The notes beneath the pieces were generated by a model, which saw only the letters and a program-made list of their open reading frames with translations, did no database searches and was not told the DNA's origin. A stretch of DNA of 64,000 nt. Origin: Owenia fusiformis (taxonomy: Eukaryota). The translations under genes were made by a program, and so were the position numbers. Below, one piece after another: positions 37,017 through 51,661 of the stretch (within the stretch, counting starts at the first letter, position 1; each line of letters begins with the position of its first letter). The stretch is from positions 16,368,001 through 16,432,000 of the forward strand of contig CAIIXF020000001.1 in the NCBI GenBank assembly GCA_903813345.2, written 5' to 3'.

Positions 37017-40000
37017 TTTCTTGTTGCAGCAGAGGGCAGTTTAATAAAAAGTGATGCGTTGTTTGTTGTATGTCACCACATACGCAGAAAGGGTCATTTA
37101 CTGTCACAAAGTTATGGGAATATAAATGTGCTTTTAGAATCAGTCCAGCTCTAAATCTATTGAACAGAATTTCGATTTTCCTTGGCATTGTCATATTCAT
37201 TTTAGTAGTGGATACTCTGGAGTCAGGGCTCATATTTCCTCTTACTAACCTTTTAAATCTAGATATTGGTTGGCCTTTCCTGTCCTCATATGGTATGTCA
37301 TGATAATGGTTGACTTTTTGAATGAATTACTGATTGGAAAGGGTATTCTATAATGCTTAAGAGATCACAATGATAAATTGATTTTGAAAATTCCCGATTA
37401 ACCGATTGTCTTCAATTTAAAACATGGCCACAAAGTGAATATTTCATGTTCTCTCATGAGATGCGACCAAATTTTGACCAATCATGCAAGCTTGACAGTG
37501 ATTTAGGCTAATAATATCCCACATCCAACGTGTGACCCAAGGAGGATTGGATCCCAGACTTCAATCTCGATATTCTGCCATATATGGAGATGTCGAGATT
37601 ACAGAATTCGAATTCCAACAGCCGCCATTCTGTTCACTTCAGAATTTGAATTGAGAGTTTTGGTCTTATTTCCAAACAAAAAATTGATCGAGATATTGGT
37701 TCGAATTTTTTTGACTGTTGATTATGAAATTATAGTCAGTTCAAGGAGGATTATCTCCCAGAGAATGCAACATCGATATTTTTGCCATATATGGTGTAAT
37801 GACCTCGACCGTACTATCATGAAGTCGTGTCGTGATAACAAAATTTAAAATCAAAATGTCCGCCATTTTTTAATGTTGTCATCAGAGGGGGAGAAACACC
37901 AGGGTTCAAAGATGACATACGCTTATAATGTAAATCTGTATTGAGATGACACGGTCGCTGATTGGTCAAAAGTCGACAAACAAATGACGTCATCAATGGC
38001 GGTTTCAAAGTTTTCGAAATACGCTTCGAATAATATTATGTTCATTTCTGGCGTGTTTAACCAATATCATAGCTTCTCATTTCACATCAAGATAAAGAAA
38101 GGTGTACGGAATATGCCTATATCAATTATAACATCCCATCGAAGTGTAGTATTTGATAACTAGCCGATGAAAATTCGAACGAACGAAGGTGGTAAGCAAG
38201 AGAGGTAATTATGTCTGTCATCTTGAAACTCTGGGGCTTTCCCTCCTCTTTGTTGTCATCGACCAAGGTCAAGGTCGAATGTTGAGTTGGAGCCCTTTTG
38301 GCTAATCCTCCTTGTAGGCAGTTATAATGTCTGAAAATAACGACATTCTGACATTTTCATTGTTGGAAAATATCGAGTTGCGTCCCTGGGAGCCAATCCT
38401 TTTTGGCATGACTTAAGGTATGAGTACCGTAATCCAACACCAAATTCGAAAATTCATAACAATACTTTGCACATATGGCGTTCGTGACCAACTATAAAAC
38501 GCTTACCCCCATAGTGTTATATATCAAAATGTACCTGTTCATATAGGGGTTCGATTGATCTACATCAAATTATAGGGAGTCGGGTTACTTTTTGAGATAT
38601 CAGCGTCCATTTATTGTGACTCGCGTTTGCTACCACTTCCTCAATTCTGATATGATGGGCAAACGCGTAGTAAACATGCTCACGTCGGAACTATTTTTGA
38701 CCTACATCGCTATTTTCGTAATTCAAATGAAAGTTGAACTCCTCCTCTTTATTTTGATACCAAATAGTGGCATACTAGGTACCCTAGAAGCCAACTATGG
38801 CGTTATTTAGAACAATACCACGAGTTTTTAAATGGACTATATAGGGATGGATATGGAACCTCATACCCCAATAGTATAGTTTCCATATAGCTTTTGAAAT
38901 CTCGCTAAATCTCGTTTTTCGTGAGATTTTAAGAGACTTGCATACCAGACCTCTAATGACTTACATTACCTTCTTTTAAATGGCATATTTGAATTCAGTG
39001 AAATGTTTTCTCCTATAATACCTTTGATTTACACAGTTATGTAATTTGAAATGACAATTTAAAAAAACTTGGGCCAAATGTCCATAGATGCAATGCTAAA
39101 ATTCTTTAAAACCGTGGATTATTTGTATGTCAATCAACATTTGCATGTTTAATCACAACATGTACATAAACAGGGTCATCATGTGGTATATCATTCAAGT
39201 TTTATACAGATTCAACTAACACACTTTGATAAATCATGAAATTAAGCCACTTTTCCAAGATTTTAACATGTAAGTGAATGGAACTCTAGCCCAAGTTAAA
39301 AGCTGAATAAAAGATGGCAGCACTAGATTTCATTGATTTTTCTGCTATTTAGAAACTATCCTATTATCAGGTATTTATAAAATAAATGTAAAAGACTAAA
39401 TGTTTTATTTTGTTTTGTTGGCCCGCTTTCACAATACACATAAAAACACATATATTTCAATATGTATTTCATTGCAAAATTAATTCCTATGTCTCGATTA
39501 GTATTTGATTAGGACTAAGTTTATGTTAGCCTCAGGTTGTGTATATGTTTGCAGTATACTATTAGTCTTGTTCTTGGATTGGTCATGTAAATCATATCAT
39601 CCGACTTTATCTCTAAAACTTATAAAAAACCTTACTATATTTTGGTGTTTCACTTTTAAGAATTGCATCGGTGCGTGTTCCCAAGCTATGAATCCTTGCG
39701 TAATCAGCTGAGACCACGAATACACTTGGGCTTATCTTTCTGGCATGAAACTATTAGGAATATATTCATTATTTCTTCCGTTTACTTTTCCCCCAGTGCA
39801 TTTATCCTAAACAGAAAAAAGGTGTTAATCCATATAAATGAGCACAATGATTGAAATAACTTACCGTATACAAAAATTATGAGATTTAATTTTGTTGATT
39901 GATTTTGAAATATTGAGTTATACAGGGAGCGGTAATTACGTCCATTATTCTTATTTGATAGTTGCATTTAAGCCTCATTTAAAAATCCCCAGGCAGCTAT

Positions 40001-40105
40001 ACAAAGTACTGAGTGGGCCAATAAACGTTGCTCCCTTTATGGTTTTATAATAAAGCTGTTATATTTCTTTTTGTACAACTTACTAGGCCTATTAACAGAG
40101 GGGGA

Positions 40106-43100
40106 GCAAATTGTTGTATTGTTTTAAAAAGTTTTTGCAAAAATGAATTTACACTCACGGGTACAAAACGATAATTATCGTCCACATACTTGTCTTTTTT
40201 ATATCTGCTAGGAACGCTACACTATTCTCCTAAATAATACTATGGTATTTTGTTATGGTTTGGTATTCAACTATATGACAATAACCAAGCTGTATACACC
40301 TATAATCCACCTTGAAATGTCAACTATAAGTTCATGTGATATTGTATCACTCTGAACTGCACAGAAATGTGCATGTCAACCACAATGTATATTATAGACT
40401 ATTGTTTTGAGCCAAATGTTACTTGATAAATTACTCATAAGCTTTTATTTTTCCGAGGCGATCCTCTCGTGTTCCATTTCAACGTATGCTTGATGTTAGA
40501 ACCATGATTGTGTGCTGGTGGAGTGCTGCTGCTGTCATCCCCGGGGCTGTGGTTGCACATGGGGGTTAGTATTATGCAATGGAGGTCTGCGATAGGTATG
40601 TTCAGAGTGGGATTATGTAAGGTAACTTCTACAAATACAACCAATAACTTCAATTTGAATTTTGTCCAGTTTAGGAACTTATTATTTTCTAAGCTCACTT
40701 TAATTCTCCTGATAACAATCAGTACTCTCATGCTGGGAATATACTTTACACTGTATCATCTTCAATATAACCTAAGGCAACTCATTGACATCAAAACATG
40801 CATAATATCTATTTTAGTTTTATGTAAAATCTTGAGTTCAATGCTTGTTCCAATTTTTGTTCCAGTGTCCATTTCATGGAGACTCTACAGTATAAATAAA
40901 TACAAGCTAAATCCAAGGTACACTCTGGCTCTGTTGCTGACTACATGCCTGTCACTACTTATACCAGGTTTCAGTATACTTTTCTGTCAACCCAATATTT
41001 CTGATCTCATTTTGACCTTGTCCACTGATGTTGAAAGCAATCCCGGGCCTGATGAATATTGTTTTCTCAAATATAAATAGCCGCAGGGCTGATAATGGCG
41101 CTAGATTTGAATCCCTTGATATTTGGAGAAATAACAATGCTAATGTTATAGGACTATGTGAAGCTGGTCTTTTAACAGATAACATTATACATGATAAATA
41201 TTTGCTGAAGGGATTTCACACGCCCCTTTACTCTCCAAATGGTCGCGGTTTAATGATTTACACCCACGAGAACATTTTGCAGACACCTAGGCCTGATCTC
41301 AGTATTGATGGCCTTGATGCAATGTGGGTTGAGTTAAAAATGAAACATAAAAAAATTCTTTACGGGGTCTTTTATCGTTCCCCTTCGCAATCAGCCAATC
41401 AGAGAGATGAATATTTAAACTTGATGAATCAAAAACTCCAACAATTGAACAACATTAATTTCGATGGGATTATTCTAAATGGAGATTTTAACGCAAAAAG
41501 CAAATCTTGGTTCCTCCAGGGAGATGAAGATTACACCGGGAAACTTCTAAATGATATTCTATTTCAAAATGGATTTGACTGTTAAAGAACCCACAAGAAT
41601 AACTCCAACATCATCTAGCTGTATTGATTTGACAATTACCAATTCACCTGGCCTTTTGAACTTTTCCAAGGTGTGTGAACCTATAGGCTCAACTGATCAT
41701 TGTACTCTATTTACCCAACTTGATGCATTGTTACATAAAGAGGAGTCTGAACTTAAACGTGTATGGAAATATAATTTAGCAAATACCGAAGCACTTAATC
41801 AAGACATAGAGGATATTGACTGGAATGAATTTTTTAATCAGACTGAAGATGTAAATATTTTGACTGAAGTGTTTACAAATAAAATGATGGCATTGTTTAC
41901 ACTGCACATTCCAAGCAAACTCAAAAAAGTAAAAGCCAATGATAAACCCTGGTATAATGAGATAATTGCTCATGCTATTCAAAAAAAGAAAAAAATGTTT
42001 TTGAAGTTTAAGTTAAGCAAATCAGAGCAACACTATATGGCTTATAAGGCCCAAGCTGAAGTTGTTAAAAATCTTGTAACATCTACGAAGGACAATTTTA
42101 CAAATGAACAGGTTGACTCATTGAATGGCGAGACTCATGCCAATGACAAATTTTGGGTACTTATCAAAAAACTTTTAGGCAAAAAAGTTAATAGTCAAAT
42201 TCCTACAATGGAACATTCAGGCATAATCTCCAGTTCTAGTCAGGAGAAATCTGATGCCTTTCTTAACTTCTTTGTTGAAAAAAAATCATTCAAATGAAAA
42301 TTTTGACCACTTTAACACTCCTTTTCCTCAGAGGTGCGATAATCTGTTAAGTGGTATTACATTTGATAGACAGGATATTACTAACATAATAAATAATCTC
42401 GACCCTTCCAAGGCCAATGGCCCTGATGAAATCACCATCAAAATGCTCCAAATATGCTCAAAGTCAATTTCATTTCCTCTCTACATTTTATTCAATAAAC
42501 TTTTACAGGCAAACACTTTTCCTCAAATTTGGAAACTTGGGAATGTTTGCCCTATACATAAAAAAGATAGCTAAAATAATCTTAGCAATTACAGACCTAT
42601 CTCTCTCCTTAGCATTGTTTCCAAAATCATTGAAAGGATAGTCTATGATAAAATGTACAAGCACCTTATTGAAAACAATCTACTTTACAAATATCAATCT
42701 GGATTTTTGAAGGGTCATTGCAATGAAATCCAACTTCTAGCGATTCATGATTTTATTTGGACAGATTTTAGTAATGGCTTTGATACTAGGTCGGTCTTTT
42801 TGGACATTCGGCCGCTTTTGATAGGGTACCACACCATCTGTTAATACATAAGCTGAAAGCATATGGCTTTTCAGGAAAGCTCTTGAATTTTATTATTTCA
42901 TACCTCTCAAATAGAAAAATAAAGGTCACAGTAAACGGTAAATCATCTCAAACATCCCCGGACAACTATATAAACTGCAGTGTCCCTCAAGGAAGTATCC
43001 TTGGGCCGCTCCTCTTCCTTATATACATTAATGACTTGCCTGATACTTTATCTTCAAAATGCTTCATATATGCCGATGACACATCAATATTTTTGCCAAC

Positions 43101-44541
43101 AAGCCCAAATGACAACCTATCTCATATTCAACTCCAAAATGATATTCAAAAGGTAGAAAATTGGTCTGACATCTGGAAACTTGAATTTAAGCCAGAAAAA
43201 AGCAAAGAGTTGATTTTTTCTAAGAATAATAATGCAAATAATTATCCTCCAATTGTGTTAAATGGCCACGCAATCACAAGAACTGACACCCACAAACATC
43301 TTGGCTACTACTTTGACAATAAGCTATGTGGATCAGTTCACATCAACGATTTAGCCTCTAAGATCCAGACAGCACTTAATCCAATGAAAGCTCTGAAAGG
43401 AAGACTGAAGTCCAAACATCTTATATCATGTATAATGCCTATATCCAGTCACTCTTTGACTACTGTGATGTCCTATATGATGGTGCAAACCAAATTGACC
43501 TAAAAAAGCTTAGTAGTTTACAGTACCAAGCTGGTCTAATTGTGTCTGGAGCTCTGTCAGGATCAAGTGCCTGTAAAGTATTCAAAATTTTAAATTGGTC
43601 TTGCTTGCTTGATCGTAGAAATTTTCACTTTAAGAGTCTTATGTATAAAGTCGACAATGCCCTCATTCCATCATATATAACAGACATATTCATTCCTTAT
43701 AAAAGAGTCAATATTAGAAATACGCGTTTTAACAGAGATTATATCATGCCTATTAATTATCCCAGAAAATCACCAATATACAAGATGGTCGAGATATGGA
43801 ACAATGTACAACGTGATCAGCCTTATCTGAAGTCCCTTCCTTCATTGGCCTCCTTTAAAAGGAGACTAAAAATCGAAATGTTCCCTGGGATTATATCTAC
43901 TGTGTCCCTTAATATTCTAAATCGCAGGCAAGAGATGTACCTCAACAGAGCCAGAGTCGACCTTATTTTGAAGACCCAATTGATATCTCACAACTGGAAT
44001 AATGTTGACTCCCCAAACTGTGAGTGTGGGTCCCCTGAGACCTTTAGACATTTATTTTTTAGCTGCCCCATGAGAATGAATAAACTTCATCAATTCAATG
44101 AAGCCATTGAGTTAATTGTGGATGATATATCACGTTATAAAACCCAACAGGATAAAATTGATTTATATCTCTTTGGTGATCCCGAACTCACCCATGATAA
44201 ATTAGACAATCTATTTCAGTTGACAGCAACATTTTTTTTAGAAAACTGTTAATGGTTGTGCATGGTTGCACATAATCTGACTACCTTAGACCCCACTTAC
44301 CCAACCCCTATGTGTAATTGGTCGCCCCATCTATGTTGCAGCAGGTCCCCGTCAGTGCACTTCATTTATAACATGCCACATCTAAACAGTGGTTGTGTTT
44401 TATTTTTCTTGAATTTTTCGTATATTTATATGTAACATTGTAATTGAAAGCGGACATAAAATGCCTTGCGATTTGCCGCATGATTGTGTATTATGACATG
44501 AAAAATATATCAATGAAATAAACCTATTGTTAAAAAAAAAA
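40106..44541 (+). mobile_element. CR1-group LINE, apparently complete but frameshifted: hydrophobic leader, 2A-like motif, APE, RT, CCHC
   Basis: 15-bp TSD attaacagaggggga at 40091-40105 and 44542-44556; aataaa and A-tail; GLCE, YRSP, GDFN, TDHC, VPQGSILGPLLF, YADD, CECG...HLFFSCP; breaks near 41051, 41580, 42290, 42574, 42810 and 43430. Confidence 0.92.
41003..41050 (+). other. 2A-like (StopGo) peptide DLILTLSTDVESNPGP
   Basis: gat gtt gaa agc aat ccc ggg cct (41027-41050) matches D(V/I)ExNPGP and sits immediately before the endonuclease domain. Confidence 0.85.
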
Positions 44542-47453
44542 ATTAACAGAGGGGGAATATCAATCAAATTCAAATGTTACATCCTATAATCTACTATTTC
44601 GATATTTGATGTATATTCCTTAGTTTTTCAAAAAAATCTACAAATATTTCGTTGCGGTTTTATCTTTACATCGTAATTTCAACATCCTCCTAAGCAGGTG
44701 TCCAGAATCTGTACCTCCTTCTCCCCCCCCCTGCTATAAGCAGTATAGAAGCGCCCGATTAAACTGAATCACGTGATTTAAATTATTCGCCGATGGCGTA
44801 TAAATGATTTCTGTCTCAGTGTTGCGGCAGCGAATCAAATTGCGAGTTCTTAATCGGGGAAATGCTAACTGCTTACCGCATGGGGTAAAACAAAGAAGAT
44901 ATTCTGGACTTTGAAGCCCTGTGATCGGAGGATGAATTTCAGTCACCGCCATCATTTTCAAACGAGTTACCTTGACTGTATTTTCATACTTGAAGAAACT
45001 AAATGTGACTGTCATTCACCATTTTTTAAGCAGTAAAAAATAATTTGCTACAATGGTGACAACATGTTTCTTGTTTCCTGTTGAATGTCGAGTCTCGCAT
45101 CATACGAATGTATGTAATTTTAGGCGATATGTCTACATGGGTGTTATATGGCTCTGGTTCTGCCTTTAAGATCCAACCAGCATTGAAACTGTATATTTAT
45201 ATTTGCCATAATCAAAGCGCAGTAATTGCAACTAGTTTCTGGGTCTTACCACCATGATAAACTATGACATCTCATTTCTTCTCAGTCCATGTTTCGCCCC
45301 GGGGTGAAACAGAAAGATGTTATGAGTATCAGTATGGGGTCTTACGGGGGCAGTTAAACTTGTTAAAGACTACTTAGAATTAATGCAGGACATTGTGCTA
45401 AGAACGAGATATTGACACATCGGGTTGAAAGTACTTGTCTTCAATATTCCTTTTCCAATTGATCCAATTTGATAAGTTGTCGAGGTAATTCGAATTATCT
45501 ATTTTATAACCTATCATTTAACGAAATTATTTGGGGAAAATAAATTGCCCCTTGTGTGTAGCTCAATATCGAAACTGACGGAATCATTGAATGCAATCTT
45601 TATTGACTTTTATGCAATAATAACAACGGTGCTTCATATTAACAAGTGGAATTTACAACCAAGTTCACTTCAAATATACTGAAAATAATTGAATTGGTAT
45701 TTAATCAAAATATAGTATGATAGATCCGAGCCAGTACGCTTGACTAGTTCTTTATTATGTATTTTTAATGATTTCCAACAAGATTGTATCGATAGCGAAT
45801 GCATATATTTGTTGGAGCGATTGTTAAGTCTATAGACATTGCTGTCCCGAATACCCATAAATCACCAAGTTGTTGTTTAATTCATGGAAAGGATAACTCC
45901 TCCAGCCGCCCGGGGGAACATTCAATAGCAATCGAAACCAATAGAAAAATGGAAATTATAATCAGAATACAAAGTGGAAATTGATAGACAATAAATATGA
46001 GTTAGTTTGTGGGGTAATTTGTAGTCTTATTCAGATCAGTTGTAAATGGATATCCCAAAGCAGGATACGTCAATGCTATATAGAAAACATGCTAACGTCT
46101 GGTCAATAATTTATGTTTTTAATGAAATAGAACTGAAAATAAAGAAGATTAATACAGACAAATAAATCAAGGGAAGATCATTTTTTAATCGACCAAACCC
46201 GTCAATATTTCATCTTTCTTTTATATCAAAGCAGAATCGCAAACGGCATTTTATACGTTAAATTATTGTCAAGTATTCTAGAATGATAGGGTCTCGTTTC
46301 AGGGATTGGTTATTACTCCTCAGAACAAAAAAAGAGAATGCACTGAAAGAATCACGTTTTCCTGCTTCTACGAGATCAAATACAATCCATCGAGAATAAT
46401 GGTCGATACTAGGTATTTAATGTAAAATGACTGTGTTGGAAGAATCCCATGAATGGCATATGTCCACTTAAAAGTATTCAAGACTGAGGGCTTTTCCCGC
46501 AACACTCAACATTCAAACATGCTAGAAACAGACAATCGATCTTAATAGCATCTCTCTATTTACCTTGTCTTTCACTTATGTTGCATCAAAAGCCATGCTT
46601 CTTTATACGCTATTTAGCTTTCTTCCACTTGATTAGACATTACACCTTTTATCGACAGGTGGAACTTACTTTTAGTTGCTTAAAGAATTGCCATATTATT
46701 TAGGATGTCAAAACTGGTCAAAAAGCGATCTTTCATTTATGAACGATTTGAGGCACTGAAATCAGATACTGTATTTAAAGTGGTAATTTTACTTAATCAT
46801 TTAAATTGCCTATTACCTATTTTTGCCAGTTTCGGTTAATCAAATGTCGGAAATATTATCTTCATAATCTCATCCAATGGGATGTTTCTTGTTATTAGGA
46901 AAATTAAAATTAGAAAATTTGACTATTCAGAAAATTAACCACTCGGATTAAATACCACTAATAGATTTTCACGTGATTGAATCGATACTGTTTTGACAAT
47001 AGCTGGCCCTAGGATTATTAAAAATGCTCTATTGATCTTCATATAGTGTTTATTATATTGACACATTCTAATCTGTATTTACTTGTCAAGCAAGACTCGA
47101 AATAGGAAACTGCGAATTCAAACTGTTGCGTTTGCGATTATGTCCCTGACAGATGGAAAATATCAAATGCGTATTACACTTTAATAATATTAAGGTAGTA
47201 ACACTGGAAACATTATAACATGTATATGCATTTTTATCTCTAATTAAACGTGCGTTTGGCTCCGTGTGGTTTAATACAAATGAATCCTCTGGTCCTGGTA
47301 TTACTTTTATTGTATCTTTTGAAATAAAATCCAACATTCCATTCAATAAATGTAAAAATTGCAACCATTGTAAAATGTTTTAATGAGAGATAGATAACAG
47401 GAAAGTGGTGCTTATCTATCTACATTTCAATGTTTAGCATTGCAAATCCTTAA

Positions 47454-48287
47454 AGTCCCCGTCTAAAGTTTGAAAATGTTTTTTTATCATTCATTTACTA
47501 TTTGTCAGGACTTAAAAAGTGATTTTGGAGATTTTTGAACAAAAGTTGTTTTTTTTAAAAAAAAGTTGTGAGCATTTCATTTTTCAAATATTCAAATTTC
47601 CCGTCATTTTTCAAAAAAATTTGAAATTTCTTAATCATCAAATATTTCTTAATGCATTTCAAAAAAGATTATCTTTTTAACACCAATGCAAAGATTGAAC
47701 AAAAGACACACTATTTCAATGATAAAATGTCATATTTAATGGGCCACTTCAATGTTTTAGCTTATCAAAAATATTTTGAAACATTAGTGATGTCACTAAG
47801 GTAACAAAAACTTTTTGAAAAAAATTGAATTTTTTTTTTCGATGTCAATCTTTTCTAAATATGCTAGACTTTCATAAAAAGACAATGTTGATTGTCTAAC
47901 CAGGTTAAAAGGAAGAATAAACTGTGTTTTAGATATCATTGTACCATTGGTTTCTATGAGAACTAAAATTTTGAAATGCATTTTTCTCAGAACCATTTTC
48001 ATGCACTGATAAGTTCATTTCTCGCTTGTTTATCAACCGATTTTCTTAATTCTTTCGGCAAAAAACATGGGAGGATGAATGCTATGCATTGGTATGAATT
48101 GTGGCTAATTAGAAGATATGAGTGACCTCTAAAAGTTGGTTTTAAATAAATTCACAAATTTTGGAACAAAAAGTCTATCAAAAACCACTTTTTGAAATTT
48201 AAAAAATAAGTTTCACATATCACACTTTGATAACATTGGGTAATACTACAATATAAGCCAAAGTGGTTTAAACTTTACACGGGGTCT
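47454..48287 (+). mobile_element. Kolobok-like MITE (family C), uninterrupted copy
   Basis: TTAA|agtccccgtctaaagttt ... aaactttacacggggtct|TTAA; second copy at 60782-62517. Confidence 0.88.
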
Positions 48288-51200
48288 TTAAGAACGTAGT
48301 AACCTGGGAAATGCACTCAGCATAAGATACATTTGCTGTAAACTTGGTCTCAGTGTGAAAGATATAAGCCAATATGGTCCCCCTCCCACTGATTTCCAAA
48401 TGGATTATTCGCAACTCTTCCATATCACGTTATATCCTAACCAGGACAAGAAAGGACCATGTAGAAAACCATAATCCCAAGGAATAAGAACACCGTAATT
48501 CCATTCACACTGGCTGTCGTCGCAATGTTATATCAGTAGTGAGATGCCACATTCGGAAATAAACTTTCCTATTATCGCGATGCATGAAGGAGTCTGTGAT
48601 TTATTTTCCAGCCATGAGTGCCTAGGTACTACGGCGAATCTAGCAATGTAAATACAACAGAGAGTTTATTCCCAATCAAATGATTAATTGATAGTGACAC
48701 TTTACAGTTTATTGAGAATCGGAAAAATAAAACCTCTCACTAGAAATCACATTCAAATAAATTATACAATTATCTTATTTCGCTTGGGTTCTGAATATGG
48801 AACAAATGGGGCTTTGTCATCGAAGCCCGTATTCATAGATAAACAGAAAATAAAGTTCATATCATTGCACTTTTTACTGTTGGTAGATAATCCAAAACAT
48901 TAGTTTTCCACATGGTTATACACCCTTTAATGTCATAATAGCGATAATGCTATAATTGTGAATAGTGCCATACAACAACGCATATCCACACCATTCTAAT
49001 TCCTGAGGCATTTCAATACATTGTCCTCCGTGGAAACACTTATAGTCCATGGTATGAAATCTCTAGGACGTCTAATAAAGGAGCTGGTAGCACACTATAG
49101 CGCAGCGATATTTGAACTTACATTAACATACCTACATATGTTCCCTAATGATTGTTATTATAACCGTTCAATATACTTCCGGCTTTCAGGCTGAATTATG
49201 CCTGCCATTAACAGAGGTAAAAAAATCACCAAAAAATAAAATCCCAATTTTTCACAATTTGGAGTACACAATGAAACAGAAAATAATACAAAATAATTTT
49301 GAATGTATGATTTAGGTTTCTAAGCTATAAGTTTGAGGTTAATTTTCTTATCAATACCCAAAAATATGTAATCAGTGTATTGACATTTTGTATCGTCTCT
49401 CAGGTATTAATAAGATAAATGCTACAAATGAATCACTTTTATATTGGAATGACAAATGCTTAGATTATGCTAGTTTTTCACAAAATGGGTCTCAATACGT
49501 TTTGAGATATGCACTTTTATTCAGCGCTGAAAATTGTCAATAAAGGAGGGCCTATTGCTCTTCCTTGACTAATTGGGACTACGGCTAAAATTCTATTTCC
49601 CGTAGTTAGATATAACTCAGTTGCTTATAAAACAACCATCAAGATTTGATCACATTCATGAATAATTGAGAAAAATCGTTATCATTATCTTCCTAAAATT
49701 TGATTATATCCAGCGGTAAGGTCAAAGAAGAAACCTCCATCAGAAAACTTGATGGTAGCCACAAGTAACGTCGAGGAGGAATTGTAAGGCGTTCGATTGC
49801 ATATGACTCTAATTGATTATTAGACATGTCCTTGGAATATATGAACATTCCAATACCTCTGTAACATTTAATTAGATATAAATCTTACCTATTTGTTATT
49901 GTATTATGTTTTATAAAACATGAACAATAATATGTTGTTAGACCCGCTGCGATTATATGGAAAAATTCTAGTAATAAAATGTTCTAAATAGTAAGAAAAC
50001 TAATATGTTTCCAATCATAAATTACCTAAATATGCCACATAATTTTGTTGAATCGGCTTGGCTGATATTTGAAAAATCAAACAAAATCTGAAAAACACAC
50101 TTGCACAATTACACTAATTAAACACCGACATCTACAATAAAATTAAATAGTATTTTTTTTAAATTATGATAATCTATTTTTGTTCGTATGCTTAGAATAA
50201 CGGTCTGTGTCTTATAAAATGTTTTAAAGTTCGAATCGAAATATTTACGTTTTTTGACCCCCTGTGATGAAAGACATTTTTCGACCCGAAAGCCGGAAGT
50301 TTTTTCAGCAAATGGTATTTTAAAAGAATCAAGACATGTACATCTTCATAAATATTGCTTCAAATGTTGCTGCGCTATACTGTGCTACGGATCATTCATA
50401 TTCGGAAGTCATACCATGGACTATTATACTTCCGTGTTGCCTCACTTCAGAAGGTCACTACCAGTACCAATAACTGGTCCCTGGGACTGGTCTCCACCTG
50501 GTTGTAGTCTTTGTAACACTTATGATCTACAGATATTGTTGCATAATTTCGAATTATGAAATGATTTTGTTTTACACAATGTTTAAACATGGATATTATT
50601 TTACATCGACACGAGAGATATTACAAAATAAGCATTTTATTATTGCCATGAGACTAAGAATAATATAAAAATGTATAAAATAGTTAAGTGTGTTTCAAGA
50701 TTAGATTATACAAGCCATATAAAATATGAACAGAGTACATGCACACCCATTCCTCTTAAAATGCAAAATTTAGGTTTTATATTTAAAAGTTTAGCATTTG
50801 CACGAGTCATTGTTCATAAACTTATCGTTTGAACTTTACGTTAAAAGCACTTATGTCACAAAGCGACGCGATCATGATATACTTTATTCATCTCATCGAT
50901 TTCAAATCCTTCTCTTAAAGGGTATCGTTGATTTATTAAGATTATGTCACGATATTAGCCATTTGATCTTCCTGATGAATCTAACGCAAAGATTGTATAT
51001 TGCATTCTTTCGAAGATTCAGTCTGCATCATTATTCGATCGACAGTTCCAGGAAGCTGCATCCAGCTCAGATCATGAGAACGAATCATGACCTTCAATTA
51101 GTTCCTTTCTAGTTGGAAAACAGAGAGGTGTGATGGGCACCAGAATAATTATCCAGGGGCTCATCAAATCGCAGGACAAATATTCCATATTTTATCTAAA

Positions 51201-51443
51201 TAGTTGTATCCAAAACCATTTCTGAATATTGATTCTATTTTAATTGCGTTACGTTAGACCGTATACAAGTCGCAATTGTCTTGTATAGTAGCTTTTTTTG
51301 TCGTAATGGTTTCTGAATGGCGAAGAAATGGTCAAAGATATAATAAAAAGGTGGGTCAAAACGATCTTATAGCCAAAAAATACTTTGCCGAGTATACACC
51401 AAAATAAATGTACTCGTATATGAAATCTGAACATACATATTAA

Positions 51444-51661
51444 CAGGAGCGTAGCCAGCTTTCAGCCAGGGAGGTGCGATCGCCAAATAAATTTCGGTTT
51501 CTTCAGTCAGGAAGGGGTGCGATTGTGGCATAAACAAGCCAAAAAAAAGATTTATTTTGAATTTTACAAAATTGATACAATACAATATTGAGTTAGAAGC
51601 TTCAAATAAAAAGCATTTTTTGCACCTATCGCACCCCCCCCCCCCCCTTGCTACGCCTATG
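51444..51661. mobile_element. Short MITE (caggagcgtagc...gctacgcctatg); related inverted copy at ~62860-63113
   Basis: Imperfect TIR; shared core ttatttgaagcttcta...tgtaaaattcaaaa...ttatgccac; similar ORFs 51367- and 62969+. Confidence 0.7.

Larger units (their letters stand above)
32281..37356 (-). mobile_element. 5'-truncated CR1-group LINE 3' end, split by two insertions
   Basis: ORF pieces FNRFRAGLILKAHLYSHN...CVCG...HFLLNCP (37017+) and ERCTLL...LLFGDRNLT (<34205) resemble the C-terminus of ORF 43428-44252; poly-A remnant at 32281; TSD ttaagagat at 32272-32280 and 37357-37365. Confidence 0.8.
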
